DNA of 54,666 nucleotides, taken from contig DBYC01000051.1 in NCBI GenBank assembly GCA_002310035.1, positions 1 to 54,666 of the forward strand, read 5' to 3'. The stretch comes from a bacterium UBP6_UBA1196. Its GTDB lineage: Bacteria > UBP6 > UBA1177. Below the pieces are notes generated by a model, which did no database searches, was not told where the DNA came from, and saw nothing but the letters and a program-made list of their open reading frames with translations. The position numbers and the translations under genes were made by a program. Below are positions 54,469 to 54,666 of this stretch, in pieces (the first letter of the stretch is position 1; every line of letters starts with the position of its first letter).

Positions 54469-54666
54469 TCATGCTGCGTGAAGAAGATAGCATTCTTCGC
54501 GCCAGATATCTTTGTTTTCACGTTGGCGAAGTTTTTCTTTTTTGTAGCGGTATTTTTCCTGCAGCCTCTCCTTTTTATGGGAGGCGGATTTACAGGTCAG
54601 GTGATAATGACCGCAATCTTTACATGGATACATTCTCTTGGGAATCTTTTTTGCTCTGTTGCCGTG
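54469..54666 (-). CDS. Paralogue of the small zinc-ribbon-like protein (5' end lies outside the window)
   Basis: Reads HGNRAKKIPKRMYPCKDCGHYHLTCKS...DIWREECYLLHAA*, collinear with HGNRAKKIPHRKYFCKECGCFHLTSQKS...KLWREEYRFLCAA* of 53972-54265. Confidence 0.7.
   Translation of the reverse strand, partial: HGNRAKKIPKRMYPCKDCGHYHLTCKSASHKKERLQEKYRYKKEKLRQRENKDIWREECYLLHAA

Noticed and set aside
1-54666. A search by eye for CRISPR arrays, cas genes, tRNA or rRNA genes, integrases, transposases, IS inverted repeats and att-like direct repeats flanking the island.
   Set aside because: None was recognised. The only sizeable DNA repeats are paralogous gene segments (17172-17669 with 19926-20423, and the 53.9 and 54.4 kb units) and in-frame coding tandem repeats. 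A computational scan (tRNAscan-SE, CRISPR finders, ISfinder) is still advisable.

Overview
The window has four parts, and it contains no rRNA, tRNA, CRISPR array, integrase or transposase that I could recognise.

(1) 1-13.7 kb is a conserved core. It holds the 3' end of tuf, then the contiguous S10-spc-alpha ribosomal-protein operons (rpsJ to rplQ, including secY, infA, rpmJ and rpoA) on the + strand, ending in a clear intrinsic terminator. rpmD, adk and map are absent from the spc block; adk sits at 36.2 kb.

(2) 13.8-34.8 kb is an accessory region dominated by predicted lipoproteins and secreted proteins. Nearly all have a ...(S/A)CG lipobox, often followed by a D/E-rich linker. Several families are expanded into paralogues: thioredoxin-fold CxxC proteins fused to DUF1566 (Lcl C-terminal-like) domains, LPP20-like lipoproteins, and CsgG/LpoB-like proteins with swapped C-terminal anchors. 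There are also Sel1, MORN and Cys-rich repeat proteins, and a scar where a truncated ThiH-like radical-SAM gene abuts a 5'-truncated DUF1566 gene.

(3) 34.9-43.7 kb is a housekeeping patch: ppiD-like chaperone, adk, pgi, lgt-like, MBL hydrolase, POT transporter and an orphan ABC-2 permease.

(4) 43.8-54.7 kb is a visibly more AT-rich, minus-strand defence-type island. It contains a type I Mokosh-like pair: MkoA (degenerate Ser/Thr-kinase-like domain plus Upf1-like SF1 helicase) and MkoB (single-HKD PLD nuclease). Directly beside it is an uncharacterised three-gene module:
- a 512-aa protein with an RNxxxH (HEPN-like) motif;
- a 206-aa minimal CARF-like protein with a DxT(H/Y)G-type motif;
- a translationally coupled sigma-70-like/HTH protein.

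Four consecutive transcription units of this island each start behind the same 30-nt motif, TATAAGC-N16-GTTGACA on the + strand.

The CRISPR-less split CARF/HEPN/sigma-like module and its shared motif are my best candidate for a previously undescribed system.
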